Positions 9,858 through 20,392 are shown, numbered from the stretch's first letter. The stretch is DNA of 64,000 bases from an uncultured virus (IMG/VR IMGVR_UViG_3300021961_000062) (IMGVR_UViG_3300021961_000062:1-64000), one strand, 5' to 3'. Translations and numbers: made by a program. The notes: generated from the letters alone by a model not told the origin.

Positions 9858-10498
9858 TGAAAATGAGAATTACTAACTATTTCATTGGTATATTTTTACT
9901 ACTTGGGTGTACTAATGACCCATTATCAGCACAGTCTTGTGACAGAGAAAGTGTAATCATAAAAAATAATGTTTTTGGGGTAAATTACTCCGAGGTATAT
10001 GAACAACCTTTGTGGGTTATATACACATCCACAAATAGACCCGCAAACGTGAATAGGGGGTCCATGGACTTCCATACTGAGAGTGGTATTTGTACCTCAG
10101 ATAAGGATGATTATTACAGAAACATATGGGACAAAGGACATATGGCACCCGCAGCAACTTACTCTGATACATACGAAAATCTTTATACCACATTTTCATA
10201 TTTAAATTGTTCATTACAGGACCAATATCTAAACAGGGGAGAATGGAGATTATTGGAGGCTCAAGAGAGGGTATGGGATGACCATGAAGATTTAATTATA
10301 AAAGTCATACCGGTCTATAATAATGATGACATGCCACTTCCTTCGGGGGCACTAATCCCGATAGCCTACCATAAACATATCAAATTTGTAAAACAGGGTA
10401 AAATAAGATGTTTTTATTTTCTAAACTCTAAACCAACCACGGGTTGGGAGGATCATGAGAAAACAAATTGTGATCAAATAGAGGACTTTACATTTTAA
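9857..10498 (+). CDS. Lipoprotein DNA/RNA non-specific endonuclease (NucA family)
   Basis: Lipobox LLGC; WDKGHMAPAA active site; TFSYLN..LQ..LNRGEWRLLE. Confidence 0.88.
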   Translation: MKMRITNYFIGIFLLLGCTNDPLSAQSCDRESVIIKNNVFGVNYSEVYEQPLWVIYTSTNRPANVNRGSMDFHTESGICTSDKDDYYRNIWDKGHMAPAATYSDTYENLYTTFSYLNCSLQDQYLNRGEWRLLEAQERVWDDHEDLIIKVIPVYNNDDMPLPSGALIPIAYHKHIKFVKQGKIRCFYFLNSKPTTGWEDHEKTNCDQIEDFTF

Positions 10499-10704
10499 TG
10501 AGATACCCAAGATACAAAAGACCCATACAAGAAATAAACGGAAATCTATATCTGATAAGTGCGGAATACCCATCAGACAAGATTAAAAACATAAATCTTG
10601 TAAAGGAGTGGTTGGGAGTGGATAATGCGTTCAGGTCCCACAGATCCAACACAATTCTTTTCTGTGATTTAATTCAAGAGGTGACTTGGGTAGATATCAC
10701 TTAA
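10498..10704 (+). CDS. Hypothetical protein
   Basis: TAATG overlap with the nuclease gene. Confidence 0.55.
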   Translation: MRYPRYKRPIQEINGNLYLISAEYPSDKIKNINLVKEWLGVDNAFRSHRSNTILFCDLIQEVTWVDIT

Positions 10705-11044
10705 TAGTGATTTTTCTGGTTTGTCTAACGGGTTTTACAGAACTATATATTTTATCAAAGTTCTCCATAATATATTTGTAGACAGCTGCCATTTCGTAGT
10801 TTTCGGATTCCTCGTTCCTTTTCCAAAGAACCGCAACCAAACTAAGAAGTTCTTTATCACCCAACTTTAACTTACCAATGAGTGAGTTCATAATTAACTT
10901 TAGGGTTAAGTATGCGACACCTCTTCTCTTATCTTCCGTAAGAGTGAAGTACTTACCAGTGTCGATCCCGCTTAATACAGTTCCGTTTAATTTATCAATT
11001 AACTGTAAAAATGATGGGTGATTAAGATCTGTGTTAGTTGCCAT
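10697..11044 (-). CDS. Hypothetical protein
   Basis: ORF with TATTTAT at 11060-11066. Confidence 0.55.
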   Translation of the reverse strand: MATNTDLNHPSFLQLIDKLNGTVLSGIDTGKYFTLTEDKRRGVAYLTLKLIMNSLIGKLKLGDKELLSLVAVLWKRNEESENYEMAAVYKYIMENFDKIYSSVKPVRQTRKITIK

Positions 11045-11089
11045 AATTCTCGTTTTATTATAAATATTCAGTAACGGGGTAATTGGGAC

Positions 11090-11443
11090 TTATTTTCCCC
11101 ATTTTCCTGCCGCAACGATCTGACAAATTATCCCATATACGGATAAATCTTGGTAAGTGTCTTTAACTGACTCACCTACGTTGTCTTTGTTACCTAATAA
11201 AACGAGTTGTTTTAATCTTTGTATTTTATCATTCATTCTAAACCAAAGACCCATTTGAGACATTTTACGATCCTCCTCTTTCTCGAGTGAGGTACCTAAT
11301 GAAATGTTGTCAGGTCCATAATTAGATTGTTTTAAACAGAACAGTTCGTATTCTTCCCTTAAGATTGCTTTAAACATCTTTGTTGTTTCAGGGTAATTTT
11401 CTTCAACTTCCCGTACAACGTCTTTTCTATCGGTATTTTCCAT
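11090..11443 (-). CDS. DUF1599 / nucleotide-modification-associated domain protein
   Basis: KQSNYG...RMNDKIQRL...ESVKDTYQDLSVY pattern. Confidence 0.7.
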   Translation of the reverse strand: MENTDRKDVVREVEENYPETTKMFKAILREEYELFCLKQSNYGPDNISLGTSLEKEEDRKMSQMGLWFRMNDKIQRLKQLVLLGNKDNVGESVKDTYQDLSVYGIICQIVAAGKWGK

Positions 11444-11514
11444 GTATTTATAATTTATAATAAGATAAGAAAAAAAAGTGACAATAACAAATATTTATAT
11501 ACTAAACCACAGTT

Positions 11515-11757
11515 ATGGCATCTAAAAAATCAAAAGAAGAAAAATCAAAGAAACCAGAGGGTTCGGACAAACCTAAGAATCAACAATTAATTCAAATGTT
11601 GTCATTTAGAATCGTACCCGCATACTTTAAAGAAATTGAAAAAGTTGCCGATAAGAAGAATATGACAGTATCTAAATTAATTAGATCTTACATCAAAGAC
11701 GGTATGAAGAGAGATAAAGACTTCACCGCGGATGATAAAGGTTTTAATATCGGTTAA
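11515..11757 (+). CDS. Ribbon-helix-helix DNA-binding protein
   Basis: LSFRI...IEKVADKKNMTVSKLIRSYI; TATTTAT at 11492-11498. Confidence 0.7.
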   Translation: MASKKSKEEKSKKPEGSDKPKNQQLIQMLSFRIVPAYFKEIEKVADKKNMTVSKLIRSYIKDGMKRDKDFTADDKGFNIG

Positions 11758-12816
11758 TTACTTATTAAATCGATTAAACGAATTCTCACTAATCAAATTA
11801 GTTGTAACTCCTCCAATAAAATGGGGGAGTTCTTTTTTATCCGTATAACTCATCGCTGACTTTAGGTACGAAGTAAAGTTATCCACCCAACCTTGAAGGG
11901 TATATTCTACTTTATGTTTTCTGACAACACCCTCAGAAGTCTTTAATTCCTCTTTACCCCACGATTTTTGGACTTCTTTGGTACTCATACCTCTGAATAC
12001 TTTATAGAGTGGGATATCCACGTTAAAACGATCCAATGCGTCTTGTGAGTACTGATCAATTGTATCACCATTCTCTATTGTTGTTTCCCCACAACTCTCT
12101 AATGATTTATTAAAGATGGAACCCAACATAACATAGTCCGCGCCCAATGCAAGTGCCTTAACAACATCCGCATATTTCTTAAACCCACCATCGGCAACGA
12201 TCTTGGTTTTAATGTGACTATTTCTCTTCTTTAGTTTGTTACATTCATAAATCAAAGATGCCATTGGGTAACCGACTCCCGTCTGAACTGTTGTCAAACA
12301 ACCACCACCATTACCAATCCCGATACGGACATAATCAACATCAGTTAATGCATATTGATAGAAGGTTTCAGGATTAGCAATATTACCAACCATCAATACT
12401 AATGATTGTCCGTATTTATGTTTTGCCTCTTTAGTTGATCTTAGTAAATCCCCCATGTGTCCATTAGCAATATCGATAAGTGCGTGGACTTGATAACCTT
12501 TAGGTATGTTAATGGTGTCCTCTAAGAACAAACGATCAAAATCTGTAAGACTATACGATAGGAAATGATCATAATTAACGTGAGAACTATCGGGTTGGTT
12601 AATGCGGGGTAAAACCACCATTATCCCCAAATTTGTAAAGTAATGATGGTTTTTCCCATCAACAACCGTATCCATTGGTGCGGTCATTAAAGGTAACCAA
12701 TCCCTATAAACGCCCTGTTCAATAAATTCTTTGTAATAGGGATTAACCTGTTTGCGTGAACGAATGGATGTGATTGACGCAGGTTCGATCAAAAGATCGT
12801 CAAAATCATATAACAT
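11758..12816 (-). CDS. guaC: GMP reductase (IMPDH/GMPR family)
   Basis: TAPMDTV, IDIANGH, GIGNGGGCLT catalytic Cys, ADGG, FRGMST...SEG; lacks the IMPDH Arg-Tyr flap dyad. Confidence 0.75.
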   Translation of the reverse strand: MLYDFDDLLIEPASITSIRSRKQVNPYYKEFIEQGVYRDWLPLMTAPMDTVVDGKNHHYFTNLGIMVVLPRINQPDSSHVNYDHFLSYSLTDFDRLFLEDTINIPKGYQVHALIDIANGHMGDLLRSTKEAKHKYGQSLVLMVGNIANPETFYQYALTDVDYVRIGIGNGGGCLTTVQTGVGYPMASLIYECNKLKKRNSHIKTKIVADGGFKKYADVVKALALGADYVMLGSIFNKSLESCGETTIENGDTIDQYSQDALDRFNVDIPLYKVFRGMSTKEVQKSWGKEELKTSEGVVRKHKVEYTLQGWVDNFTSYLKSAMSYTDKKELPHFIGGVTTNLISENSFNRFNK

Positions 12817-12818
12817 AG

Positions 12819-13163
12819 TTATTTTTTTAGTGTTTTTGAATATTCTTTACCTTTTTCCGTTAAGAAAAAAGTTTCATCGGTGGTCTCATCCTCGTAGGAG
12901 TCCATCAATCCATCCTCTTTTAATTGATACATTATCGATCCCGTGATTACTTTTTGTAATATTATCTCAAATTCGTCCTCACTCCAAAAATAATCTTCAA
13001 CGTCCATAGACGGGTCTGAGACATAAATTTCCATTAAAAGTTCTGTAAATACTTTAATCGAGTACTCCTCAGTAATATCATAATCGGTAAAGAAGTGAGA
13101 CTCCCTCAACCCATGAATGATGTCCTCAACATGTTCCTTTACAATTTCCGGTATCCTATTCAT
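12819..13163 (-). CDS. Hypothetical protein, possibly winged-helix
   Basis: LKEDGLM...FFLTEKG ending. Confidence 0.5.
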   Translation of the reverse strand: MNRIPEIVKEHVEDIIHGLRESHFFTDYDITEEYSIKVFTELLMEIYVSDPSMDVEDYFWSEDEFEIILQKVITGSIMYQLKEDGLMDSYEDETTDETFFLTEKGKEYSKTLKK

Positions 13164-13274
13164 TTTTTAACTCTATTTAATAAAAGATAAGGAAAATATT
13201 TTTTTGAGTCAACCACCCATAAGACTTTAATATGAATGTTAATTTCTTTATATTATACCAAGTAAAACTATTAT

Positions 13275-14531
13275 ATGGAAGAAAACGGAAAAATCTTTAT
13301 ACAGATAGCGTCTTACCGTGATCCCGAGCTAAACAACACTTTGAACGATTGTATCGAAAAGTCTAAGTACCCTGAAAATTTAGTTTTTGGGATTTGTTGG
13401 CAACACTCATCAGAAGATGAATGGGATAATTTGGATAAGTTTAAAGACGATGAGAGATTTAGGATTGTGGATGTTAATTACACCGAATCCAAAGGTGCGT
13501 GTTGGGCGCGAAACCAACTACAACAACAATATAAAGGTGAGCAATACACCCTACAACTTGATTCACATCATAGGTTTATTGAGAATTGGGATGAGGAACT
13601 CATAAACATGTTAAAGTTCCTACAGGATAAGGGACATAAGAAACCATTACTTACTTCGTACATTTCATCATATGATCCTCAGAATGATCCTGATGGGAGA
13701 GTACAGGTGCCATGGTTGATGAATTTTGATAGGTTTATTCCTGAAGGTGCGGTTTTTTTCTTGCCCGCAACTATCCCAAATTGGGAAACATTAACAGAAC
13801 CCATTCCCGCGAGGTTTTATTCAGCTCACTTTGCGTTCTCGGTTGGGTCATTTGTTGAGGAGGTTCCGCACGATCCTAATTATTATTTCCATGGTGAGGA
13901 GATTAGTATTGCGGTGAGGGCTTACACACACGGTTATGACTTATTCCACCCACACAAAATCATTGCGTGGCATGAATATACCCGTAAAGGTAGAACTAAA
14001 CAATGGGATGATGATAAAACATGGGGTAATAAGAATAGTGAATCACACCTAAGAAATAGAAAACTGTTTGAAATGGATGGTCTCGTAAAAGACATTGACT
14101 TCGGCATTTACGACTTTGGTACTGATAGGACGTTGGAGGATTACGAAAGGTATTCTGGATTATCATTTAAAAAGAGAGCGGTACAGAAGTATACGTTGGA
14201 TAATAATATCGCACCAAATCCCCCATTGTACGGTGAAGATTTAGAGAACTCGTTTTTAAAAATATTCAAACACTGTATTGATGTACACAAGTCAAGTTTT
14301 GACAAAGAAAAGGATTATAGTTTTTGGGCAGTGATATTCGAGGATGAGAATGGTGTGTCTTTAAATAGGAAAGACTTAAGTGAGTCTGAAATAAGGGGGT
14401 ATCTAACCACTAACGATGATTGGGTTAAGATATGGAGAGAATTCAATGTTGAGTCTAAACCCGCCAAATGGATAGTTTGGCCACATTCACATAGTGAGGG
14501 TTGGTTAAATAAAATTGAAGGTAGATTATGA
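13275..14531 (+). CDS. GlcNAc-transferase, GT60/Gnt1-like
   Basis: IFIQIASYRD, GACWAR, LQLDSHHRF, FHGEE...RAYTHGYD motifs. Confidence 0.8.
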   Translation: MEENGKIFIQIASYRDPELNNTLNDCIEKSKYPENLVFGICWQHSSEDEWDNLDKFKDDERFRIVDVNYTESKGACWARNQLQQQYKGEQYTLQLDSHHRFIENWDEELINMLKFLQDKGHKKPLLTSYISSYDPQNDPDGRVQVPWLMNFDRFIPEGAVFFLPATIPNWETLTEPIPARFYSAHFAFSVGSFVEEVPHDPNYYFHGEEISIAVRAYTHGYDLFHPHKIIAWHEYTRKGRTKQWDDDKTWGNKNSESHLRNRKLFEMDGLVKDIDFGIYDFGTDRTLEDYERYSGLSFKKRAVQKYTLDNNIAPNPPLYGEDLENSFLKIFKHCIDVHKSSFDKEKDYSFWAVIFEDENGVSLNRKDLSESEIRGYLTTNDDWVKIWREFNVESKPAKWIVWPHSHSEGWLNKIEGRL

Positions 14532-15367
14532 AAAAAGGATTACTAGGTGTTGCGAACAATCTTAGAAGTAACATACAGAAAGTAAAATTATGGTCCAAAA
14601 GTTTCAAACAGGTAAGTGATGGTGAGGTAATACTTCTACTAGCTAACGGAACTGAGGACGACATTAAAGTATGTGAGGAATTAGGTATCATATCTAATTT
14701 AGTTGTAATTGAGGATGAGTGGTTCTTCAACCATAAAAGACTTGAACATACTTTAGAATTCCTAAAGAGTACAGACATCGATCTATTTGTCATAACGGAT
14801 GTCTTTGATGTTGTCTTTCAAGGAGACCCCTTTGAATTAATGGATTTAACCACATTTGATGTTTTTGCTGGTGGTGAGGGTGTTGACATAAATCAGGAAC
14901 CATGGAATATGGATAATATTGGTAAAATTTTTCCTCAGTATAGGGATTATTGTATTGGTAAGGAAATTGCCAACTCCGGTGTAATTGGGGGTAAGAGAGA
15001 TTCTTTAGTAAACTTATATGAAAGAATGTTTACGTTATGTGAGGAAGGTTCCAATGATCACAATATTAAAGATCAGGCAGCGTTTAATGTGATGATTTCT
15101 ATGGGTGAAGTACCTAATTTTAAATTATTCACATTAGATGAGGGTTGGGTACAACACAGTGCTGTTTCAGGTCCTACAGAATTTTTTGATAAGTGGGGAT
15201 TTAGAAATAACCTAAAATACGGAGTACCTCAGTTGGTTAATGGTACGGTTTGTACCTCAACAGGAACACCATTTAGAATTGCTCACCAGTTTAATAGGGT
15301 ACCTGAGTGGCACCACTCGATAAACGCAAAATACGATATAGAATTCGAAAAAGATGTCCATAGATAG
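14528..15367 (+). CDS. GT-A fold glycosyltransferase
   Basis: ITDVFDVVFQGDPF, NSGVIGG, DQAAFN, HQFNR. Confidence 0.7.
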   Translation: MKKGLLGVANNLRSNIQKVKLWSKSFKQVSDGEVILLLANGTEDDIKVCEELGIISNLVVIEDEWFFNHKRLEHTLEFLKSTDIDLFVITDVFDVVFQGDPFELMDLTTFDVFAGGEGVDINQEPWNMDNIGKIFPQYRDYCIGKEIANSGVIGGKRDSLVNLYERMFTLCEEGSNDHNIKDQAAFNVMISMGEVPNFKLFTLDEGWVQHSAVSGPTEFFDKWGFRNNLKYGVPQLVNGTVCTSTGTPFRIAHQFNRVPEWHHSINAKYDIEFEKDVHR

Positions 15368-16151
15368 TTTAAACAGTACCGCGGTAGTGATTTGTTCTTA
15401 TCATCGAACTTTTGAGGGTGATGGTAATAAGACAATTAGAAGTTTTCACCATGAGAACTTTCCTAACTTTTATTTATTATTTGATGATCACCATGGATAT
15501 AGTGAGGATTACGTATCCGAAAAGTATGGTGGACCAAATGTATGTATCTACAATGATAAGGACTTTGAAGATAATGGTTTCAACAAAGAGATTAGTACAT
15601 ACCATTTTTGGGGGTCACATCAAAACCCCAAATACTTTTACGCACATTTTAGAATGTTAACCTTCTATTTGAAAAACCCACAATTTGATTATTATTGGTT
15701 TTTTGATGATGATGTACAATTTGATGGTAGTTTAAGGGAACTATTATCCAATTACTCAGATAATGACGATGATTTTATGGTCATACAAGCATTCAAAAAA
15801 GAGGACTATGAAGAGTATCCAAACATCTCTGTCATTAATAGAAGAATGGGAGGGTCTAAGGGTCATTGGTTAGGTCATTGTCCTGGACCTGGCGATAACT
15901 TTAAATCAAACGAAGTACACATCGGTTCCTTCTTTCCAATTGTAAGATTTTCAAAAGCGGCAATGGAACATTTAATGGATTTACATAGAGAAGGTTATTA
16001 TGGTTACTCAGAAGGGTTTGTACCAACATCGTTAGCATGTGACGGATATAAAGTATCATCAATGATGGACGAATTCAACAATTTCTTTAAAGAAAATAAT
16101 GTTTGTACCCTTTATCATAAGGGTTCTAAATTTACATGGGAATGGCTATAA
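15354..16151 (+). CDS. Putative glycosyltransferase
   Basis: FDYYWFFDDDV DxD motif, EGFVPT; in the GT operon. Confidence 0.6.
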   Translation: MSIDSLNSTAVVICSYHRTFEGDGNKTIRSFHHENFPNFYLLFDDHHGYSEDYVSEKYGGPNVCIYNDKDFEDNGFNKEISTYHFWGSHQNPKYFYAHFRMLTFYLKNPQFDYYWFFDDDVQFDGSLRELLSNYSDNDDDFMVIQAFKKEDYEEYPNISVINRRMGGSKGHWLGHCPGPGDNFKSNEVHIGSFFPIVRFSKAAMEHLMDLHREGYYGYSEGFVPTSLACDGYKVSSMMDEFNNFFKENNVCTLYHKGSKFTWEWL

Positions 16152-16942
16152 TAAAAAAACCAGTAATCGTAATGGCCCTATACGATATCGGTAGAGATAA
16201 TTGGGACCACTTTAATTTATCCTACAACACCTATCTATGGTGGATGAAAAACACCTTATCCTTAGATGCTAAGTTTGTAATCTTTACTGAAGAAAAGTTT
16301 TTATCAACGATTACAGATTATAGAAGGGAGTTTGACCCATCTTTTGATAATACAATAATAGTAAACGAACCCTTAGAAAATTTAGATTCATATAAAAGAT
16401 ATAATGATCGATTAACTTCTTTAATGGGGTCTGAGGAGTTCAAACAAAAGGTTCATCATGGTCATGTTCCCGAAATGACAAAACCACTTTATAATATAAT
16501 AATGTTTAATAAGATGGACTTTATGAAAAAAACGAAAGACCTTTCGTTTTTTGACTGTGACTATGTCATATGGGCCGATGCGGGTGGACTAAGAGAGGAT
16601 ATCTCGAACTATCAAGGAAAAAAATGGCCCGATATCGATAAGTTAAACGGATTAGACGTATCTAAGGTTACCTTCTTTAGTCATTCCGCGGATTTTTCTA
16701 TCGACAATGCGGAGTTTCATGCGATGTCCCAAATAAGATACATACAGGGCACTGCATTCGGGGCCCCGAAAGATTCAATTGATAATCTTCACACAGAATT
16801 CCATAAAACCGTTGATGAATGTATTTCAAATGGTTTTATTGGTAGTGATGAAAAAATATTCGACCTTACATATGTTAAGGATAAAAGTAAGTACCAATTA
16901 ATAAAATGTACTTGGAGAGAATACTTTAACATTTTAGAGTAA
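16136..16942 (+). CDS. HtrL/YibB-like glycosyltransferase
   Basis: VMALYDIGR, YNIIMFNK, IWADAG, GSDEKI. Confidence 0.7.
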   Translation: MGMAIIKKPVIVMALYDIGRDNWDHFNLSYNTYLWWMKNTLSLDAKFVIFTEEKFLSTITDYRREFDPSFDNTIIVNEPLENLDSYKRYNDRLTSLMGSEEFKQKVHHGHVPEMTKPLYNIIMFNKMDFMKKTKDLSFFDCDYVIWADAGGLREDISNYQGKKWPDIDKLNGLDVSKVTFFSHSADFSIDNAEFHAMSQIRYIQGTAFGAPKDSIDNLHTEFHKTVDECISNGFIGSDEKIFDLTYVKDKSKYQLIKCTWREYFNILE

Positions 16943-18396
16943 TGAATATAAAAATAGTAACAGTTACGTGGTCACATCAAGAAACTTATGATATAAAAAA
17001 GACCACCCTGTACAAATCGTTTAAGAAATTTAACCCATTTAAGGAGGTATTCCATCATCACTTTAATAGGGGTCACTATTGGCAGGAAGAATCACTTTTC
17101 GCAAATAAGTATGGTAGGGAGAGTGAATACTTACTCTATAAAATATTCTTGTGGAGAGACATTGTCAGGGACATAGAGGCCGATTATATCATTTTCTGTG
17201 ATGCGAATGATGTTGTTTGTTTAACTCATGTTGACGACTTAGTAAATCAATACGATTTAGATAAAAACATTATTGTTGGTCATGAGAAGAACCAATGGCC
17301 AACATTAGAAGCTAAGCAGACTTGGCCCGATTATAAAGATTACAACATTTACGATACCGAAAACAGGAAGTTTCTAAATTCTGGAATGATTATCGCGAAA
17401 AAAGAAAAGTACGTTGAGATGTTGGATAGTATGGTTGAGAATGTGATGTCTAAAGACATAAAAACTTTTAATAATGATCAGGGTGTTTTCACGTATTATT
17501 ATAACATGGGGGTAGAACCAAAGATTAAATTAGATTATACCAATAATTTTGTTGTTAACACCTTTTCTAGATCTCATGATGAATATGTTTTAGAAAATGG
17601 TAGATTAATCTCTAAGAAGAATCAAACATCCCCTGTTTTCGTACATGATAATGGTTGGAACCACGGTAGTCCTAAATTCCTTAATCATTTTGAATTGAAG
17701 AGATTTTTCATCGATTCTTATCCAAGACTTAAGGATATCTCAAAAGATAGACCAATTGCCCAAACACACCAAGATTACCTTATACGTATAAGAGACGAAT
17801 ACGGATTCCAACCATCTGTAATTTATGATGTGGGTGCGTGTGTGAATCATTGGAACACGATCGCAAAGGAGGTTTGGCCACAAGCCCAATACTTCTTGTT
17901 TGAGGCAATGGAAGAATCTGAAGACATTTTTATGGAAGGTACTCATCAGTATGAGATTGGTGTGTTTAGTGATGTCGATGATAAAGAGGTGACATTTTTT
18001 AAAAACGTAACATATCCCGGTGGTAATTCTTATTATATGGAAAACCCTGAACATAGCAGTATGGCCAATGTGTTATTCAATAATCCTTCTAATCAATTCA
18101 AAAGAAAAACAAAGACGTTGGATAGTGTTTTAAAGAGAAGGAACTTTCCCTACCCAGATCTATTAAAAATTGATGTTCAGGGTTGTGAAATAGACATCTT
18201 AAAAGGATCTACTGACATACTTAAGTATGTGAAGCATCTAATCGTAGAACTACAACACGTTGAGTACAATATAGGGGCTAACCTATCTCATGAGTCAATC
18301 CCATTGATTGAATCCATGGGATTTGAATTAGTCACCCCTAAGTTCTCATTGTCGAGTCACGCAGATGCTGATTATCATTTTATAAAGAAAAATTAA
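16942..18396 (+). CDS. Fusion: PLOD-like glycosyltransferase + FkbM-family methyltransferase
   Basis: FCDANDV, FLNSGM, NNDQG, HDNG in N-half; YDVGAC, FEA, LKIDVQGCE in C-half. Confidence 0.8.
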   Translation: MNIKIVTVTWSHQETYDIKKTTLYKSFKKFNPFKEVFHHHFNRGHYWQEESLFANKYGRESEYLLYKIFLWRDIVRDIEADYIIFCDANDVVCLTHVDDLVNQYDLDKNIIVGHEKNQWPTLEAKQTWPDYKDYNIYDTENRKFLNSGMIIAKKEKYVEMLDSMVENVMSKDIKTFNNDQGVFTYYYNMGVEPKIKLDYTNNFVVNTFSRSHDEYVLENGRLISKKNQTSPVFVHDNGWNHGSPKFLNHFELKRFFIDSYPRLKDISKDRPIAQTHQDYLIRIRDEYGFQPSVIYDVGACVNHWNTIAKEVWPQAQYFLFEAMEESEDIFMEGTHQYEIGVFSDVDDKEVTFFKNVTYPGGNSYYMENPEHSSMANVLFNNPSNQFKRKTKTLDSVLKRRNFPYPDLLKIDVQGCEIDILKGSTDILKYVKHLIVELQHVEYNIGANLSHESIPLIESMGFELVTPKFSLSSHADADYHFIKKN

Positions 18397-19952
18397 TGGG
18401 TTTACCAAACATAGCATTACATAGTCATCATAACGCATCGGTAGCGGTAGAGTTAGATGGGGATATAGTAACAGTAATAGAATTAGAGAGATTTATAAAT
18501 TTAAAAAACGCAAGTCATTGTTTTTTTAAACCTATTCACGTTCAGGATGTTATTTTAGGTGAAGTTTATGAGTACCTAAGACTCACACATGGATTTACCA
18601 AATATGATAAATTTATTATTAGTCAGGGGTTTGCGGAGGTTCCGCAAGAGTGGAGAGATCAAATACCGGCCAATGAGTATTTGGTTGATGACCGACATCA
18701 CCCCGCACACGCGGCATCTAGTTTCTACCAATCACCACATCACGAATCACTAATTATTTCATTTGATGGGGGATCCAATGATGGGTGGTTTAATCTTTAC
18801 CATGGTATAAAAGGTGAAGAATTAAAAACAGTTACGAGTTTCGGTATCGATTTAGGGAGTCATTACCACGTTATTGGGTCCGTTTGTGAGGATATTAAGA
18901 ATTATGATGAACTAACGGCCGCGGGTAAAGTATTAGGTCTACAATCTTATGGTAATATTAGATATGAATGGGTCGATTATATAACTGAATTGTTTAAACA
19001 TGTTCCTTATTGGCACGACTTAGAATCAAGACTCTTAAAATTGTCTAACCAAATGGGTGTGACATTCTCAAAAGAGAATAAATTGTCAGGACAAATACAA
19101 TATGATTTAGCTAGAACCGCACAACACGTATTTGAAACAATATTTTTTGATTCTGTGGATACGTGGGTAAAACAATATAACCTACCTATAGTTTTGACGG
19201 GTGGGTGTGCATTAAACATCACACTTAATACGAGGGTTAAGGAGAGATACCCACATTTAGACGTTTTCGTGGCACCTAATTCAAGTGACTGTGGATTGAC
19301 CGTTGGTACATTATGTAATTTAGTTAAACCCACGAAAACCATTGATATTACATACAAAGGTGTGGGGGTTTTAGATCGATCACTCTTAATGGAGTATGTT
19401 AACACTTACAATGCTAGAAAGGTAAATGTTGATGCGATTGTACAGGACTTAATTAATCAAAGGATATTGGGACTTATACAGGGTAATTCAGAGCATGGTC
19501 CGAGGGCTTTAGGTAATAGGAGTATACTTTGTTCACCGATACCTTTAGACATGAAAGATACTTTAAACCATAAAGTAAAACATAGGGAGTGGTTTAGACC
19601 TTTTGCCCCGATTGTTAGGGTGGAGGATGTGTCAGAATATTTTGAGTGGGAAGGTGAGAGTAGGTGGATGAATTTCTGTCCTATGGTGAAGAGTGAGTGG
19701 AGGGATCGTCTACCCGCAATTACTCACGTAGATGGAACTGCAAGAGTACAAACAGTGACTAAAGATCAGAATCCACTTATATATGAAATACTAACTCAAT
19801 TTAAAGAGAAGACGGGAGTTGGTGTATTGGTTAACACCTCATTTAATGTTGATCGTAAACCAATTTTATCATCATATAAAGACGCATTAAAGGTCTTTCA
19901 TGAAACCCAATTAGATAGATTGTATTTAGACGGTTATTACTTCGTTAAATAA
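18396..19952 (+). CDS. Carbamoyltransferase (NodU/CmcH/TobZ family)
   Basis: HHPAHA, DGG, GGCALN, EHGPRALGNRS, REWFRPFAP, HVDGTARVQ, NTSFN. Confidence 0.92.
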   Translation: MGLPNIALHSHHNASVAVELDGDIVTVIELERFINLKNASHCFFKPIHVQDVILGEVYEYLRLTHGFTKYDKFIISQGFAEVPQEWRDQIPANEYLVDDRHHPAHAASSFYQSPHHESLIISFDGGSNDGWFNLYHGIKGEELKTVTSFGIDLGSHYHVIGSVCEDIKNYDELTAAGKVLGLQSYGNIRYEWVDYITELFKHVPYWHDLESRLLKLSNQMGVTFSKENKLSGQIQYDLARTAQHVFETIFFDSVDTWVKQYNLPIVLTGGCALNITLNTRVKERYPHLDVFVAPNSSDCGLTVGTLCNLVKPTKTIDITYKGVGVLDRSLLMEYVNTYNARKVNVDAIVQDLINQRILGLIQGNSEHGPRALGNRSILCSPIPLDMKDTLNHKVKHREWFRPFAPIVRVEDVSEYFEWEGESRWMNFCPMVKSEWRDRLPAITHVDGTARVQTVTKDQNPLIYEILTQFKEKTGVGVLVNTSFNVDRKPILSSYKDALKVFHETQLDRLYLDGYYFVK

Positions 19953-19954
19953 AA

Positions 19955-19979
19955 AAAACCCTCTTACTTGGAGGGTTTT
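19955..19979. terminator. Bidirectional intrinsic terminator
   Basis: AAAACCCTC-TTACTTG-GAGGGTTTT. Confidence 0.75.
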
Positions 19980-20104
19980 CCTTTTTTTGGGGATTGGAGA
20001 CCTTTTTTTGTTTCCCCTACTTTTACATAATGGGTTTTGGTTGCTTCCTTATGTTTCTCAAGAATTTTCTTCTTTTCTTCGTCGGACATTCCAAATACTG
20101 ACAT
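19964..20104 (-). CDS. Small basic protein (46 aa), not in the ORF track
   Basis: MSVFGMSDEEKKKILEKHKEATKTHYVKVGETKKGLQSPKKGKPSK; starts 3 nt after the upstream stop. Confidence 0.55.
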   Translation of the reverse strand: MSVFGMSDEEKKKILEKHKEATKTHYVKVGETKKGLQSPKKGKPSK

Positions 20105-20107
20105 AAT

Positions 20108-20392
20108 TTATCTATTTAAAATTTTTATTGATTGTTGTTTTTTATCTATAAGTAAAGAACAATTTTCATATTGTTCTCTTTCTTCATATATCTTAATCAA
20201 TTCATCAACTATCTCAACATACAACTCTAAATCAGAACCATATGTAAGAATTGTCTTTGATTCATTATAATAATTTAAAATGACATTGTCAACGCTTGTT
20301 ATGAAATTATAGATCATCTCTAACTCATCTTCGTCGTAATTACCTATATTTAATATTCTTGTTGTTTGTAAAAGAAAATTAATTTTTAACAC
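20108..20392 (-). CDS. Hypothetical protein
   Basis: ORF in a minus-strand run; start uncertain; EQYENC motif similar to ENYEMA in 10697-11044. Confidence 0.5.
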   Translation of the reverse strand: MLKINFLLQTTRILNIGNYDEDELEMIYNFITSVDNVILNYYNESKTILTYGSDLELYVEIVDELIKIYEEREQYENCSLLIDKKQQSIKILNR

